57,281 nt of DNA from a virus (lineage: Duplodnaviria; Caudoviricetes). Where the stretch lies: the IMG/VR virus record IMGVR_UViG_3300012950_000004, positions 1-57,281 of that record; one strand, 5' to 3'. The translations under genes were made by a program, and so were the position numbers. Positions within the stretch are counted from its first letter, which is position 1. Each line of letters begins with the position of its first letter. Below the pieces are notes generated by a model that ran no database searches, was not told the DNA's origin, and saw only the letters and a program-made list of their open reading frames with translations. Shown piece after piece: positions 17,231 through 27,459 of this stretch.

Positions 17231-20200
17231 ATGCCATCTTCAGATTATTGTATCCCTGTCGATCAGACATCCGCCGAAACTGACATGGCAGCGCTGCGCA
17301 CAGAACTATGGGAGTCTTTTAAGTTAGCTTTTCAGGCTCAGATGGCTAACGGAACCCAAGACGAATGGGAACTGTGGGAGAACGCTGAGGGCTGGTTTGA
17401 TGACTGGAGTAAGCCTGATACTTGGTTTGGTTCGCCATATGACAGTAAAGGTGAAAGTGTACACCCGACCCATTACCAAAAAGAAGGCTCTGTTAAGCTT
17501 TACACTTGGAAAAAAACCGCCATCACTAATGCGAGTTTTGCCAACTTAAAATCCACATTCGGTTGTAATGTCAACCCCAATGGAATGATGGCAGTCGCTA
17601 GCGAGCGATTACGGCAGTGGCTTGTAGATCAGACCAATGCTTTTGCTCGCGCTAGCGCCGGCACCGAAGGAGGCGCCGCCCTAGGGGGCGATGAAATCGA
17701 AGCCGCGGCAATGGCCACGGCAGACATGATTAACCCCCTCAACAGCGCCGAAGAGCAAGCGGCGGGTGCGGCTGGCACCATAGCCAATATAGACGCCGCC
17801 CACCAAGCCGCTGAAGAAGTAGCCGACATAATGTTGGGCGAATACTCAGATATCGAGTTCAAAGAGCAGTGCTTTTTGCTGGCGAAAATTTTTGATTTGT
17901 GGGAACATAAAGTAGCATCGGAAACGCGTGAAGTTAAAAAGCTTCCCTATGTGGACGGCGCCCCAAATTCGTCACTCATGATCGATGGCAATCCTTATGC
18001 ATTCATGAACAAGTTGACTCAATATCCTACGCAACAGGCGTTGATGAATATGACCAACGCAGACATTTCAAACTTACAGCCGCGTATTCGTCTTTTTAAG
18101 GTACACACCGACTCCAAAGGGGTCGAATCATCCCAGGAGATTAATTTTGCCGGCTCTGCTACCGATCAAGATCTGGAATTAATGTTGGCGAAAACGGGAA
18201 AACGTGGGTTTGGATGCGGAATCAAAGACTTTACGTTTGCCTATGAAGCCAATAACCCATTTGGACTAAAAAAGAGCATTACGGCGCGCCTAACTCTCTT
18301 TGCTAATACCTTTGATGAGTTATTGCGAGAGCGTGACGGTTCTTATCGCTATGTAGATTTGGCTCTCAAGACAGGCGGTGGGAGTGGTGATAATAGCGCT
18401 GTTTTCCGCTCAGCCGGCTTAAGCGCCCAAGACGCCGAGATTGCGGCCGGCAATTTATCAAAATTGGACTTTCGCCTGAAGGCAGTCGTGGGGTTGGAAA
18501 CTCCTCTCACCGATGGAGGAATTAGTAATTCCACAGTCCTCACCGCGGTGCAAAATTCTTTTGTAACGCTAAATTTAACTCCCACTACGCATGAGTTTGA
18601 GTTTGACGAAATGGGAAGAGTCAATTTTAGTATAAATTACTTAGCGTATGTTGACGATTTCTTTGATCAGCAGGAGTATAGTATTTTTGGCTCTACGATC
18701 GTGGCGAAAGAGCTATATTATAGACGCCTACAGATGCAAGCGGCAAACGCTTCTTGCTCTAGTGAGCAAGTGAAGCAATTTAAGCAACAGCAGGCAGCTG
18801 CCCTTCAAAGTACTAAAAATATGGCATATACATACTTGTTTAAGCAACTAACCATTAAAAATAAATTGCGTTACGTGACAATTCCTCATGGCGATTTACA
18901 AAAATTTAATTCACAAGGACCCTTTTATGAGTTGATGGAGGGCGCCATGACCAATTTGGATGTGGGTGATCTGTCCAATAGCCAAAAGCTTACGTTCTCC
19001 AAAGAGGTCCAAGAAGAACTCAAAGAAAAGAATGAAGCACCGGCGGAGGGTGGTGACAAGCCGATAGATCCCGAAGAAGAAAAGCAACGGACAGTCAGTC
19101 GAATTGCGTCGGGTACCGATACCGAACAAGTCATCTTTTTCTACATAAGTGATTTAATCGATGTAATTCTAGAAGGGATCGAAGAAAAGCTAAACCCCAG
19201 CAAAGATGGCGCCGCCTCCGGAATGCACGCAATTATTGATGGGCTAGCCGACTCTACCAGCGCTGCCGCGGCTCAGAATGGCGGATTGGGCAAGCAAATT
19301 GAAGAATTGCACGAGAGAGCAATGGCAGCGTGGGAAGCCGGCGACGATGCAACAGCGATGCAGCTAGAGGAAGACATAATCGCCCTGGAGGCAGAATTAA
19401 GCGCCAAAGCGCTTGAGACCGGATCCGCCGAAGAACAGGCAGCGGCACTCCTATCAGTTGGCGATCTGGCCGCTAAAGAGAAAGAGAGGTTTTCACGCTT
19501 GTATGATAATTTTAAGAAATTCCGCGTTCTTTTGGGTCCTGTCGAAATTACAAATCCCAAAGATCCTGCCAATAGCGCCTTTATAAATTTTGGGGATATA
19601 CCCATTTCCGCTAAATATTTTATGGATTGGCTGTTAGATCAAACAGTAAAAAAAGAGGAGTTTTATTACCCTATCCCTAGATTTATGAATGATTTTTTCA
19701 ATCGATTTGTAAGCGATTTCTTAAACAACGATACGTGTTTTGGATATTCGGTTAAACAAAAAACCCGCGTTCAACAAGCGGCAGTTACAGCCTATCGTAT
19801 AACGTCCGAGAATAACAATATTGACACTATTGCAAGTAAAATTGTACAACAGAGGCAAGAAAATGGCAGCAACATGATTTCGCGTTTAATGTTGTGGAAC
19901 GAAGTCCCTCCGTTGCTTAATGTTTCTGGCGGGATTGAAGATCCACGCGGCTATGCCCGGCACCTTGGAAATGAGTATAATTATTTAGTATACTTTGCAG
20001 GGCGCACACAGCCCCTGGAGAAGATGAACGGCGATGCTGCCGAAGATGCTGACCAAGGAATTATGCACTACATCTTGGGTCGACCTGATGGCATTATTAA
20101 GAACATCAACCTCAAGCGCACGGAGGCGCCCGGCTTAAAGGAAGTGCGATTTGAACAAGAAGGGTTCGATGGACTAAATCAATTGCGCGAAGTGTACGAT

Positions 20201-20632
20201 GTGGAAATTGAAACTTATGCCAATGTTAGTGCGTTCCCTGGAGTCTACCTGTTCGTGGATCCGCGAGGATTCGTTCCCAACATGGATTATAGCCTATATG
20301 CCGCCGGTTTTAATATTAATGATTTGAGCGATTATGGACTCGGGGGCTATTATATGATAATTCGCAGTGAACACTCTTTTGGACCCGGCAAAGCCGACAC
20401 GGTCCTCACCGCCAAGTGGGTATCCGAAATTCATAAAAATGTGGATGCCGCCGAAGGAGAAGCGTCTAGTGAAGGAAGCGCTCCTCCTGCTTCGAAACCC
20501 ACCAAGTGTTATCTTAAGGAAAACCGCCGCAAAGAAGAGAACGGGTACTTTTCTATCCTGGCAATGCTGCCGGGATTTGATGGATTTGATGATGTAGATA
20601 CGGGCGAGTTGCCAACAGAAGGGGGAGACTAA
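17231..20632 (+). CDS. Large baseplate hub-like protein (gp27/VgrG-like C-terminus)
   Basis: C-terminal FPGVYLFVDP...GLGGYYMIIRSEHSF resembles hub proteins; baseplate context. Confidence 0.55.
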   Translation: MPSSDYCIPVDQTSAETDMAALRTELWESFKLAFQAQMANGTQDEWELWENAEGWFDDWSKPDTWFGSPYDSKGESVHPTHYQKEGSVKLYTWKKTAITNASFANLKSTFGCNVNPNGMMAVASERLRQWLVDQTNAFARASAGTEGGAALGGDEIEAAAMATADMINPLNSAEEQAAGAAGTIANIDAAHQAAEEVADIMLGEYSDIEFKEQCFLLAKIFDLWEHKVASETREVKKLPYVDGAPNSSLMIDGNPYAFMNKLTQYPTQQALMNMTNADISNLQPRIRLFKVHTDSKGVESSQEINFAGSATDQDLELMLAKTGKRGFGCGIKDFTFAYEANNPFGLKKSITARLTLFANTFDELLRERDGSYRYVDLALKTGGGSGDNSAVFRSAGLSAQDAEIAAGNLSKLDFRLKAVVGLETPLTDGGISNSTVLTAVQNSFVTLNLTPTTHEFEFDEMGRVNFSINYLAYVDDFFDQQEYSIFGSTIVAKELYYRRLQMQAANASCSSEQVKQFKQQQAAALQSTKNMAYTYLFKQLTIKNKLRYVTIPHGDLQKFNSQGPFYELMEGAMTNLDVGDLSNSQKLTFSKEVQEELKEKNEAPAEGGDKPIDPEEEKQRTVSRIASGTDTEQVIFFYISDLIDVILEGIEEKLNPSKDGAASGMHAIIDGLADSTSAAAAQNGGLGKQIEELHERAMAAWEAGDDATAMQLEEDIIALEAELSAKALETGSAEEQAAALLSVGDLAAKEKERFSRLYDNFKKFRVLLGPVEITNPKDPANSAFINFGDIPISAKYFMDWLLDQTVKKEEFYYPIPRFMNDFFNRFVSDFLNNDTCFGYSVKQKTRVQQAAVTAYRITSENNNIDTIASKIVQQRQENGSNMISRLMLWNEVPPLLNVSGGIEDPRGYARHLGNEYNYLVYFAGRTQPLEKMNGDAAEDADQGIMHYILGRPDGIIKNINLKRTEAPGLKEVRFEQEGFDGLNQLREVYDVEIETYANVSAFPGVYLFVDPRGFVPNMDYSLYAAGFNINDLSDYGLGGYYMIIRSEHSFGPGKADTVLTAKWVSEIHKNVDAAEGEASSEGSAPPASKPTKCYLKENRRKEENGYFSILAMLPGFDGFDDVDTGELPTEGGD

Positions 20633-20639
20633 ACAAGAG

Positions 20640-21860
20640 ATGTCCACTTATTATATAAAAAGTTATAAAGAAAATAGCTCCAAACTTCTTTATAGTAAAA
20701 GGCTGCTTTATAAGGTTAAGATTAAGGAGCCTGAGTATGAAAACTTGTTTGATTTTACTTTCGCCGAAAAACAATTGTATGGGAGAGTAACACGCGTCTT
20801 TGAGCCCATGACTGTTGCTTCACGCCAAACCTTCAAGGGGATTGCTTCCGAAAGTGAAATAGCCTCTCCCCAAAGGGTGCTCCCATTCGTGGCAGATGCG
20901 TTTAACAAACTTAATCAGCAGTTTGCGAAAAAAGCCATGAAAAATGAAATTGATGTAAGTGATAAATACTTATCGACATTAACCGTTTATAAATCTTATG
21001 AAAGCCCTCAAAAGCTTTATAACGCCCACTTGCGCACGTACAAGGAGACGCTAGCAGATTCCTTTCGATCCCAAGGCGATCCCATTTCCAATTTTGATGA
21101 ATTTATAAGTCGCCTAATGCCGTCACTACGAAGAACAGCGTACAAGAATCCTTTTACAATGACCGCCTACGTGAAGAGTACCTTTTGTCCTATTAGTGTT
21201 TCTGGGTTGGCCATTGAGATTGCCAATCTCTCCTACATCAATGATGAGGAAAAAATTGCCCTCTTTAAGCGAAGCCCCAACTGGGAATTTTATTTAAATG
21301 CTTGCAGAACGTATGGGTTTATGGTAGACTCTAATGTGCCTTGGAGATTAATTGCCGATATTGGGAGTGCACAAATGGTAGAGTTTGCTAAAAAATACGA
21401 ACTATACAGCACAGATGAAATTCTTAACGGAGTATACAATAAGGTCGCCCCACGTTATTTTAAGCAAATGCAGATAGGATTATACGAGTTGTACAACATG
21501 TCTAAAAAAATGACCTATACTCAGAGCATCTGCGCCGATGGAACATTGCGAATTACCCAGACGGATCCGGTTGAGTATTCCCTCTCTTCCTTTAAGGAAG
21601 CCTATGGCGAACAATACTTTTTAAAGCTGTATTTTCAAATTCGCTTTCTGGAGGAAGAATCACCATTCACCCCCCAGGAACAATTGGCACTAATTGACGA
21701 TTGTTTGGAGCTTGGGTCCTTCAGCGCCGGCCACGCAATTAATATTTTTGAAAGAATTCTCAACAAAACGTTTGACTATAACGGTAGTTTAGATTATATT
21801 GTAAAGAAGCGTAAAGAACTGGAGTCGAATGACAGCGAAATACTTCCAAGCTCTGGATGA
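20640..21860 (+). CDS. Hypothetical protein
   Basis: 406-aa ORF closing the structural block; no motif recognised. Confidence 0.7.
   Translation: MSTYYIKSYKENSSKLLYSKRLLYKVKIKEPEYENLFDFTFAEKQLYGRVTRVFEPMTVASRQTFKGIASESEIASPQRVLPFVADAFNKLNQQFAKKAMKNEIDVSDKYLSTLTVYKSYESPQKLYNAHLRTYKETLADSFRSQGDPISNFDEFISRLMPSLRRTAYKNPFTMTAYVKSTFCPISVSGLAIEIANLSYINDEEKIALFKRSPNWEFYLNACRTYGFMVDSNVPWRLIADIGSAQMVEFAKKYELYSTDEILNGVYNKVAPRYFKQMQIGLYELYNMSKKMTYTQSICADGTLRITQTDPVEYSLSSFKEAYGEQYFLKLYFQIRFLEEESPFTPQEQLALIDDCLELGSFSAGHAINIFERILNKTFDYNGSLDYIVKKRKELESNDSEILPSSG
21772..21800 (+). promoter_or_regulatory. sigma70-type promoter for the polA-like operon
   Basis: TTGACT-17 nt-TATATT inside the end of the upstream gene. 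Confidence 0.65.
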
Positions 21861-23028
21861 CAAAGAGCAGTGCGTAGGGATCTATAAAGACGGTACCCTC
21901 CACTTTGATAATTTTCCTGAAAATTGCCTAAGAACATGGCGATACTCCGGATCTTTAAAAGACGAAAACATTGAGTATGGGTGGCTATATGCCGCCGGCG
22001 ACTCTTTAGAAGAAGTATGCCCTTCCCACCTTAAAGAACAGCATGAGCGCCTTTCGCGCAAAATGAATGCGTTTCGCAAATCGTTTGATATTGCTAAGAT
22101 TAATTTTCGCGATCATTGTTTCTATGATTTGGTTCCCCATGACTTTCTTATAGAATTTTTAGAATTGAAAAATCAGATTACTGAGCACGTATTTGAAAGT
22201 TATGAAAAGCCAGCTAATTATGAATTTCTAGTCGGAGCGTCTAAGCTGCTGCATAAGATTCGATACCAAGAGTTGAATGTCAACAATGAAGGATGTAAGA
22301 GTCTGTTCTTGCAGCATCACAATCGCTCCCAGGCGCGCCAAATTCTTGAAGGGTCTCACTATATTGATTACAAGTTGTTTGGAACCGTAACGGGGCGCCT
22401 TGCGACTCACGGCGGATCCTTTCCCATATTAACTTTGAAAAAGGAATTTAGAAACTTGATAAAGCCCAAGAATGATTGGTTTTTATCTTTTGATTATAAC
22501 GGAGCAGAGGCGCGCACCGTGATAGCCTTATTAGACCATGAGCAGCCCGAAGGTGACATTCACGAATGGAACATGGAGAATGTTCTAAATGCCACGGGAA
22601 ACATAACCCGCGAAGAGGCGAAGACCCTCTTCTTTAGTTGGTTGTACAATCATGTTTCCAGCGCATTTGAATCTGAGGTTTATGATCGCGAAGCTTTGGT
22701 GGAACAATTTTATATCGATGGATACGTTCACACCCCACTCGGACGCAAGATTAAAATTGATGAACGTCGCGCCTTCAACTATCTCATTCAAAGTACCACG
22801 GCGGACTTGGTTTTAGAGCGCTCCATGGCGATAGATCGGTATTTGAGCGATAAAAAATCATACATCTCTCACCTTATCCACGACGAGGTAGTAATCGATC
22901 TTTGTGATGACGAAAGAGAAATCGTCCCTGAACTGAAAAAGATTTTCGCCCAAAATAGCCTCGATACGTACGAAGTTAATGTACAGGCCGGCGAAACGTG
23001 TTATGAGTTAGGAGTATTGCGCTTATGA
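21829..23028 (+). CDS. Minimal family A DNA polymerase-like protein
   Basis: TVTGRL; motif A DYNGAEAR; DIH; motif B REEAKTLFFSWLY; AFNYLIQSTTAD; motif C IHDEV. Only 399 aa. Confidence 0.85.
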   Translation: MTAKYFQALDDKEQCVGIYKDGTLHFDNFPENCLRTWRYSGSLKDENIEYGWLYAAGDSLEEVCPSHLKEQHERLSRKMNAFRKSFDIAKINFRDHCFYDLVPHDFLIEFLELKNQITEHVFESYEKPANYEFLVGASKLLHKIRYQELNVNNEGCKSLFLQHHNRSQARQILEGSHYIDYKLFGTVTGRLATHGGSFPILTLKKEFRNLIKPKNDWFLSFDYNGAEARTVIALLDHEQPEGDIHEWNMENVLNATGNITREEAKTLFFSWLYNHVSSAFESEVYDREALVEQFYIDGYVHTPLGRKIKIDERRAFNYLIQSTTADLVLERSMAIDRYLSDKKSYISHLIHDEVVIDLCDDEREIVPELKKIFAQNSLDTYEVNVQAGETCYELGVLRL

Positions 23029-23882
23029 TCTCTCTGATCGGCATCGGCAATGGCGCTTCTGCCATCGTCAAAAAATTTGATGGGATTTCTCAATATCAGC
23101 TGCATATGCTTGGCAGCAATATAGAGAAAACAACCATGACAGAATACAAGCTTCGTCGCTTTGAGAATCCTGAAGAGTATGAGGAGAACGTTCCCAATCT
23201 CAAGAAATTTTTTAAAAAGACCGCCGATCGGGTGCAGGTATTTGTGCTTGGCTCATCCCTAAGTTCAAATTATTCTCTGGGAATCTTGGAGCAGTTGAAA
23301 GACAAGAAGGTAGATCTATTCTACATTAAGCCCGATATCGAGTTATTGACCGGGATCCCCAAATTGGTGGAAAATGTAGTGTTTGGCGTCTTGCAACAAT
23401 ACGCCCGATCGGGACTTCTAAACTCGTTTACTATTTTTTCTAACCATAATATTGAAAAAGCACTTGACACGCTGCCAATTAAAAGTTATTATGATGTTAT
23501 CAATGATACGATATTTTCTACAGTGCATTACTTAAACTATTTTGAATTCACGGAGCCCGAGATTGGTGTCCTTGCGCGCCCAACCGAAATCAATCGCATC
23601 CGCACCGTCGGGATGCTGAATATGAGAAATCTTCATGAAAAATGGCTTTTTGACCTTGACATGGAGCGCGATCTGTGTTATTGTTTATGTATAAACGAAA
23701 AGAGATTAGAGACAGAAGGTGGTTTGCATCGTAAGATAGTCGATATGCTAAAGAAGAAACCTAGCAATGCGTTTCGCAAGCTTTCGTATGCAATTTACGA
23801 GACACACCTACCAGACTTTGGGTTCTGCGTTGCCCACACTAACGCAATTCAACAACAAAAAACCCTTGACAAGATCGTTTAA
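23025..23882 (+). CDS. Divergent tubulin/FtsZ-like protein
   Basis: N-terminal IGIGNGASAIV glycine loop. The GGGTG(S/T)G signature is replaced by GSSLSS; Y..IND resembles the base-binding helix. ATGA overlap with the polA-like gene. Confidence 0.55.
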   Translation: MISLIGIGNGASAIVKKFDGISQYQLHMLGSNIEKTTMTEYKLRRFENPEEYEENVPNLKKFFKKTADRVQVFVLGSSLSSNYSLGILEQLKDKKVDLFYIKPDIELLTGIPKLVENVVFGVLQQYARSGLLNSFTIFSNHNIEKALDTLPIKSYYDVINDTIFSTVHYLNYFEFTEPEIGVLARPTEINRIRTVGMLNMRNLHEKWLFDLDMERDLCYCLCINEKRLETEGGLHRKIVDMLKKKPSNAFRKLSYAIYETHLPDFGFCVAHTNAIQQQKTLDKIV

Positions 23883-23894
23883 GGGTATTATATT
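23866..23894 (+). promoter_or_regulatory. sigma70-type promoter for SSB
   Basis: TTGACA-17-TATATT. Two more candidates lie at 23464-23492 (TTGACA-17-TATTAT) and 23656-23684 (TTGACA-17-TATTGT). Confidence 0.75.
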
Positions 23895-23947
23895 AGATAT
23901 CAAGGAACGCTTGATATACTTTACTAAACAAAAAAGGAGAAATAGTA

Positions 23948-24712
23948 ATGTCAATTAATATGGAACTAATGAGAAAGAAGCTTTCCCAACTACGGGGAGA
24001 GTATGATAAGGAGCAATCTGCTTGGTTTAAGCCCGACGAGGGCGATCAAGATATTCGGATTGTCCCATCAACAGATGGGGACCCACTAAAGGAGATGTAT
24101 TTCCACTATAATGTCGGAGATCATCGAGGTGGAATTGTCTGCCCCAAGCGCAATTTTGGCGAGAGTTGTCCGATTTGTGAGTTTGCCTCATCCTTGTGGA
24201 AGGAAGGTACGAGCAACAACGATGAAGAGAGCAAGAAGCTTGCAAAGTCTCTTTTCGTTCGGGCGCGCTATTTCTCGCCCGTAGTAGTACGCGGACGAGA
24301 AGCCGAAGGAGTCAAGATCTACGGCTACGGCAAGCGCGCCTATGAAAATCTTTTGGGTTACATTCTGGACCCCGACTATGGAGATATCACAGATGCACTA
24401 GAGGGTACTGATATCGCCCTAACCTATACAAAGCCCACCACCCCGGGGGCTTACCCGCAGACGAGTCTAAAGATGCGCCGCAATACGTCACCGCTTCTTG
24501 AGGACAAGGAAGCCATCCCAGCCCTCCTTGATGGTATTCCTGATTTTGATTCTCTTTTTGAGCGTCATACTCCGCAGCAAATTGATGCCATCTTGGATGA
24601 GCAACTTGCTGGAAATGGAAGCGCTGAATCACGCTCGAAGGAAACCGCTAAATACGGCAGCAGCAAAACTGATGTGGACCGAGCGTTTGACGAATTGTTG
24701 GCCAATAAATAG
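23948..24712 (+). CDS. gp32: Single-stranded DNA-binding protein (T4 gp32-like)
   Basis: WFKP..G...IRIVP, HY, Zn-type CP...CPICE, GVKIYGYGK, YGDITD..G.D and an acidic tail DVDRAFDELL. Confidence 0.85.
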   Translation: MSINMELMRKKLSQLRGEYDKEQSAWFKPDEGDQDIRIVPSTDGDPLKEMYFHYNVGDHRGGIVCPKRNFGESCPICEFASSLWKEGTSNNDEESKKLAKSLFVRARYFSPVVVRGREAEGVKIYGYGKRAYENLLGYILDPDYGDITDALEGTDIALTYTKPTTPGAYPQTSLKMRRNTSPLLEDKEAIPALLDGIPDFDSLFERHTPQQIDAILDEQLAGNGSAESRSKETAKYGSSKTDVDRAFDELLANK

Positions 24713-24730
24713 GACTCGCGTGAGACCGCT

Positions 24731-24758
24731 GGCACCCCGGTCGGGAAAATAGGGTGCC
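24731..24758 (+). other. GC-rich hairpin just upstream of the tRNA
   Basis: GGCACCC...GGGTGCC stem. Confidence 0.5.
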
Positions 24759-24764
24759 GCATTT

Positions 24765-24839
<75 letters not shown>

Positions 24840-24860
24840 TTTTCATAAGGAAGGTTCAGA

Positions 24861-25046
24861 ATGAAAGAAGAAGTAAACATGCTTGAGGATCTAATCGCCC
24901 AGCTTATCGCTGCCCGTTCAGATTATAACAAGTTCTACAATGATGGCAACAATGCCGCTGGTACTCGCGTGCGCAAGGTCATGCAGGAAGTTAAGAATGT
25001 GGCCCAAGAACTCCGCATTGATATTCAAAATACTAAGAACTCTTAG
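24861..25046 (+). CDS. Hc1-like (histone H1-like) small DNA-binding protein
   Basis: KFY.DGNNAAGTRVRKVMQEVK..AQELR matches the Hc1 family pattern GNKAAGTRARK. Confidence 0.8.
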   Translation: MKEEVNMLEDLIAQLIAARSDYNKFYNDGNNAAGTRVRKVMQEVKNVAQELRIDIQNTKNS

Positions 25047-25049
25047 CGT

Positions 25050-25847
25050 ATGAAGACTCCCCTCCGCTATCCCGGCGGCAAGTCCCGAGCAGTTAAGCAT
25101 ATCTTGCCGTATATTCCCGAGGACGTTCCGCGTCTTTGTTCGCCATTCTTTGGCGGCGGGTCTGTGGAACTGGCGATAGCCCAGCGAGGCAGTGAGGTGT
25201 TCGGGTATGATAAGATGAAGCAGCTAGTCTGGTTTTGGCAAGCACTCTGCGCCGACAACAACCGTCTCGCAGACGAGGTAGAGAAACTGCAGGAGCAATA
25301 TCAAATCAGATCGGGGGAGATGGTAACAGGATGCGTGAAAGAGTCATTTCATCAATATCGAGACGATCTCAAAACCGATTCATTCATGTTTTCTTACGAA
25401 CGCGCTGCCAAATATTATGTAATTAATCGGGCTTCCTTCTCTGGCGCTACATTTAGCGGCGGCTGGTCTGAGCGAGCATCATACGCAAGATTCACAGAGT
25501 CTTCTGTGCAGAGATTGCGAGACTTCAAAGCTAAAAACTTTAGAGTTGATTACGCCGACTTCGAACATGCTATTTGGGCTCATCCGCAAGCTTTTTTATA
25601 TCTTGATCCTCCATACATGCTGGAAGGATCTCAAAATTCTCTTTATGGCGTGGATGGAAACCTACACGATTCGTTCGAACACGAAAGACTTCACCGCTTG
25701 TTGAAAAGAAGGACCGACTGGGTGATGTCGTACAACGACTGCAGCCAGATTAGAGATATGTATTGTGATAATAAAATCATTGAGGCTGAATGGTCCTACG
25801 GAATGAACAAAAGTAAAAAGTCTTCAGAAGTGATTATTCTGGGTTGA
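25050..25847 (+). CDS. dam: DNA adenine methyltransferase, D12/Dam class
   Basis: LRYPGGKS, PFFGGGS, NRASFSG, catalytic YLDPPY and MSYND motifs. Confidence 0.93.
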   Translation: MKTPLRYPGGKSRAVKHILPYIPEDVPRLCSPFFGGGSVELAIAQRGSEVFGYDKMKQLVWFWQALCADNNRLADEVEKLQEQYQIRSGEMVTGCVKESFHQYRDDLKTDSFMFSYERAAKYYVINRASFSGATFSGGWSERASYARFTESSVQRLRDFKAKNFRVDYADFEHAIWAHPQAFLYLDPPYMLEGSQNSLYGVDGNLHDSFEHERLHRLLKRRTDWVMSYNDCSQIRDMYCDNKIIEAEWSYGMNKSKKSSEVIILG

Positions 25848-25872
25848 CAAACACTATCAAGTTCGCTATATT
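25844..25872 (+). promoter_or_regulatory. sigma70-type promoter
   Basis: TTGACA-17-TATATT; the -35 overlaps the dam stop codon; AGGAGG RBS follows. Confidence 0.75.
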
Positions 25873-25890
25873 AAAAAGAAAGGAGGGGAG

Positions 25891-27459
25891 ATGCCCACAA
25901 AAATTTATGATAACCAAAAAGTCGCAGCTAACGAGATATACGAACGCTTGACGGTCCACCAGGATCCTTGTGTTTTGCTAACAGCGCAGCCACAAGTTGG
26001 CAAAACCGGCGCCGTCATAGAGTTGTGCAACCTGCTGTATGACGGTGAGGAAAAATACGCAGTATTATATTTTAGTCCGTCCGATAAGCAGCTATATTTT
26101 CAAAGCAAGGAGAGATTTTTAGAATATCCTAAAGCTTATGATTTGTTGCTCGGCTCCAATATTTACCATGACGGACAAATTTATCCCGGAGAGAGAGGAA
26201 AACAATTCCAAGAATTAGTACAGTTTATTAGAATGATTTTTGTATTAGGGAAAAAGCTTCTGGTCATCCGCGACGAAGCTCATATCGGAATTGGTGGAAA
26301 TAAAAGAAAGGAATCGCTTCAAAAGATTCCTCAATTCCTAGAAGATATTTGCGAGAGTTTGCCCGGCACCCCCAATGTGCACGATCGGGTACAATATTTG
26401 CTGGTAACAGCAACTCCATTTACATATGATTTTCAAATCAATGGGGAAAAGGCTAAAATTACAGAAATTTATCTTCCCCATGGGCAACGTTATGCAGGCG
26501 CCCAACATCTATTAGATTCCGGACGCATCTTGCCTCACATTAGTCGCACCAAGCCTCCCAATGGGCTTACCTTGGTAGAAAAAAAGGAATATATTAAAAA
26601 CGATAACGATCAGTTTGTCGCACGACTATGGGCGCTAATCAAAGAGCAGTTCACTCCTGACCGTACGGGCTACTTTGTGGTTCGGTGCACAAATCGCAAG
26701 GACTTAAGACTTTTCGAGCGAGCATTCCTAAAAAGTAATATTGACTATGAGGTTTATGAGTCGGCTACGAGCAGTATTCCCGATTTTGAACGACAGCTGA
26801 ACGAAAAGCCGACCGGTCCAAAAATTCTCCTTATTAAACATTCCTACAAACAAGGTAAGACCTTGTGCCTTGATCATGTGGTGGGGTGGTATGAAAATGA
26901 TACCACCAATGGCCGCCATGACGCGGATATTGCTCAATCTGTAGGAAGATCGTTCGGATATGATAAAAAGGATTATGACTTTCCCATCTATTGTGATGTG
27001 CAATCGATAGTTAAGCTTATTGACTATTATGATTTATGCAAGATGAAAGATTTTGCTTCAAAGCGCGAATTGCCCATGTCATCCACACACACAACGTGGA
27101 AAGCTAAAATGGTTAAAGATAGGGATTATCAGGTATGTGTAAACAAAGAACAAGCAGAGCAGGTTTATAGAAATTGGCACCCCGAGTATCAAGGATCTTT
27201 CAACACCACGAAGGTGTCGACTAACAACGCCTATGATGTTATCGAAGCTGTAAAAAATAAAGCCACGCGCCAAAAGACGTCCAACCGAGTAAATCTCATA
27301 TATATCGACAAGCCTAACAAAGCTTACGTAGACTCGTTCATGGGCGTCCCACACTGGCATGGAAGGTGGATTGTCCTATATGAGACCGGCAACAGCACCC
27401 CACAGTACGAGGCTAAAGACAAGTCATATTTCTCTGCTCGCGGAACGGCAGCTAAATGA
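25891..27459 (+). CDS. SF2 helicase/ATPase (DEAH)
   Basis: Q-motif YDNQ, Walker A AQPQVGKT, Walker B RDEAH, motif III TATP and motif VI QSVGRSFGY. Confidence 0.8.
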   Translation: MPTKIYDNQKVAANEIYERLTVHQDPCVLLTAQPQVGKTGAVIELCNLLYDGEEKYAVLYFSPSDKQLYFQSKERFLEYPKAYDLLLGSNIYHDGQIYPGERGKQFQELVQFIRMIFVLGKKLLVIRDEAHIGIGGNKRKESLQKIPQFLEDICESLPGTPNVHDRVQYLLVTATPFTYDFQINGEKAKITEIYLPHGQRYAGAQHLLDSGRILPHISRTKPPNGLTLVEKKEYIKNDNDQFVARLWALIKEQFTPDRTGYFVVRCTNRKDLRLFERAFLKSNIDYEVYESATSSIPDFERQLNEKPTGPKILLIKHSYKQGKTLCLDHVVGWYENDTTNGRHDADIAQSVGRSFGYDKKDYDFPIYCDVQSIVKLIDYYDLCKMKDFASKRELPMSSTHTTWKAKMVKDRDYQVCVNKEQAEQVYRNWHPEYQGSFNTTKVSTNNAYDVIEAVKNKATRQKTSNRVNLIYIDKPNKAYVDSFMGVPHWHGRWIVLYETGNSTPQYEAKDKSYFSARGTAAK

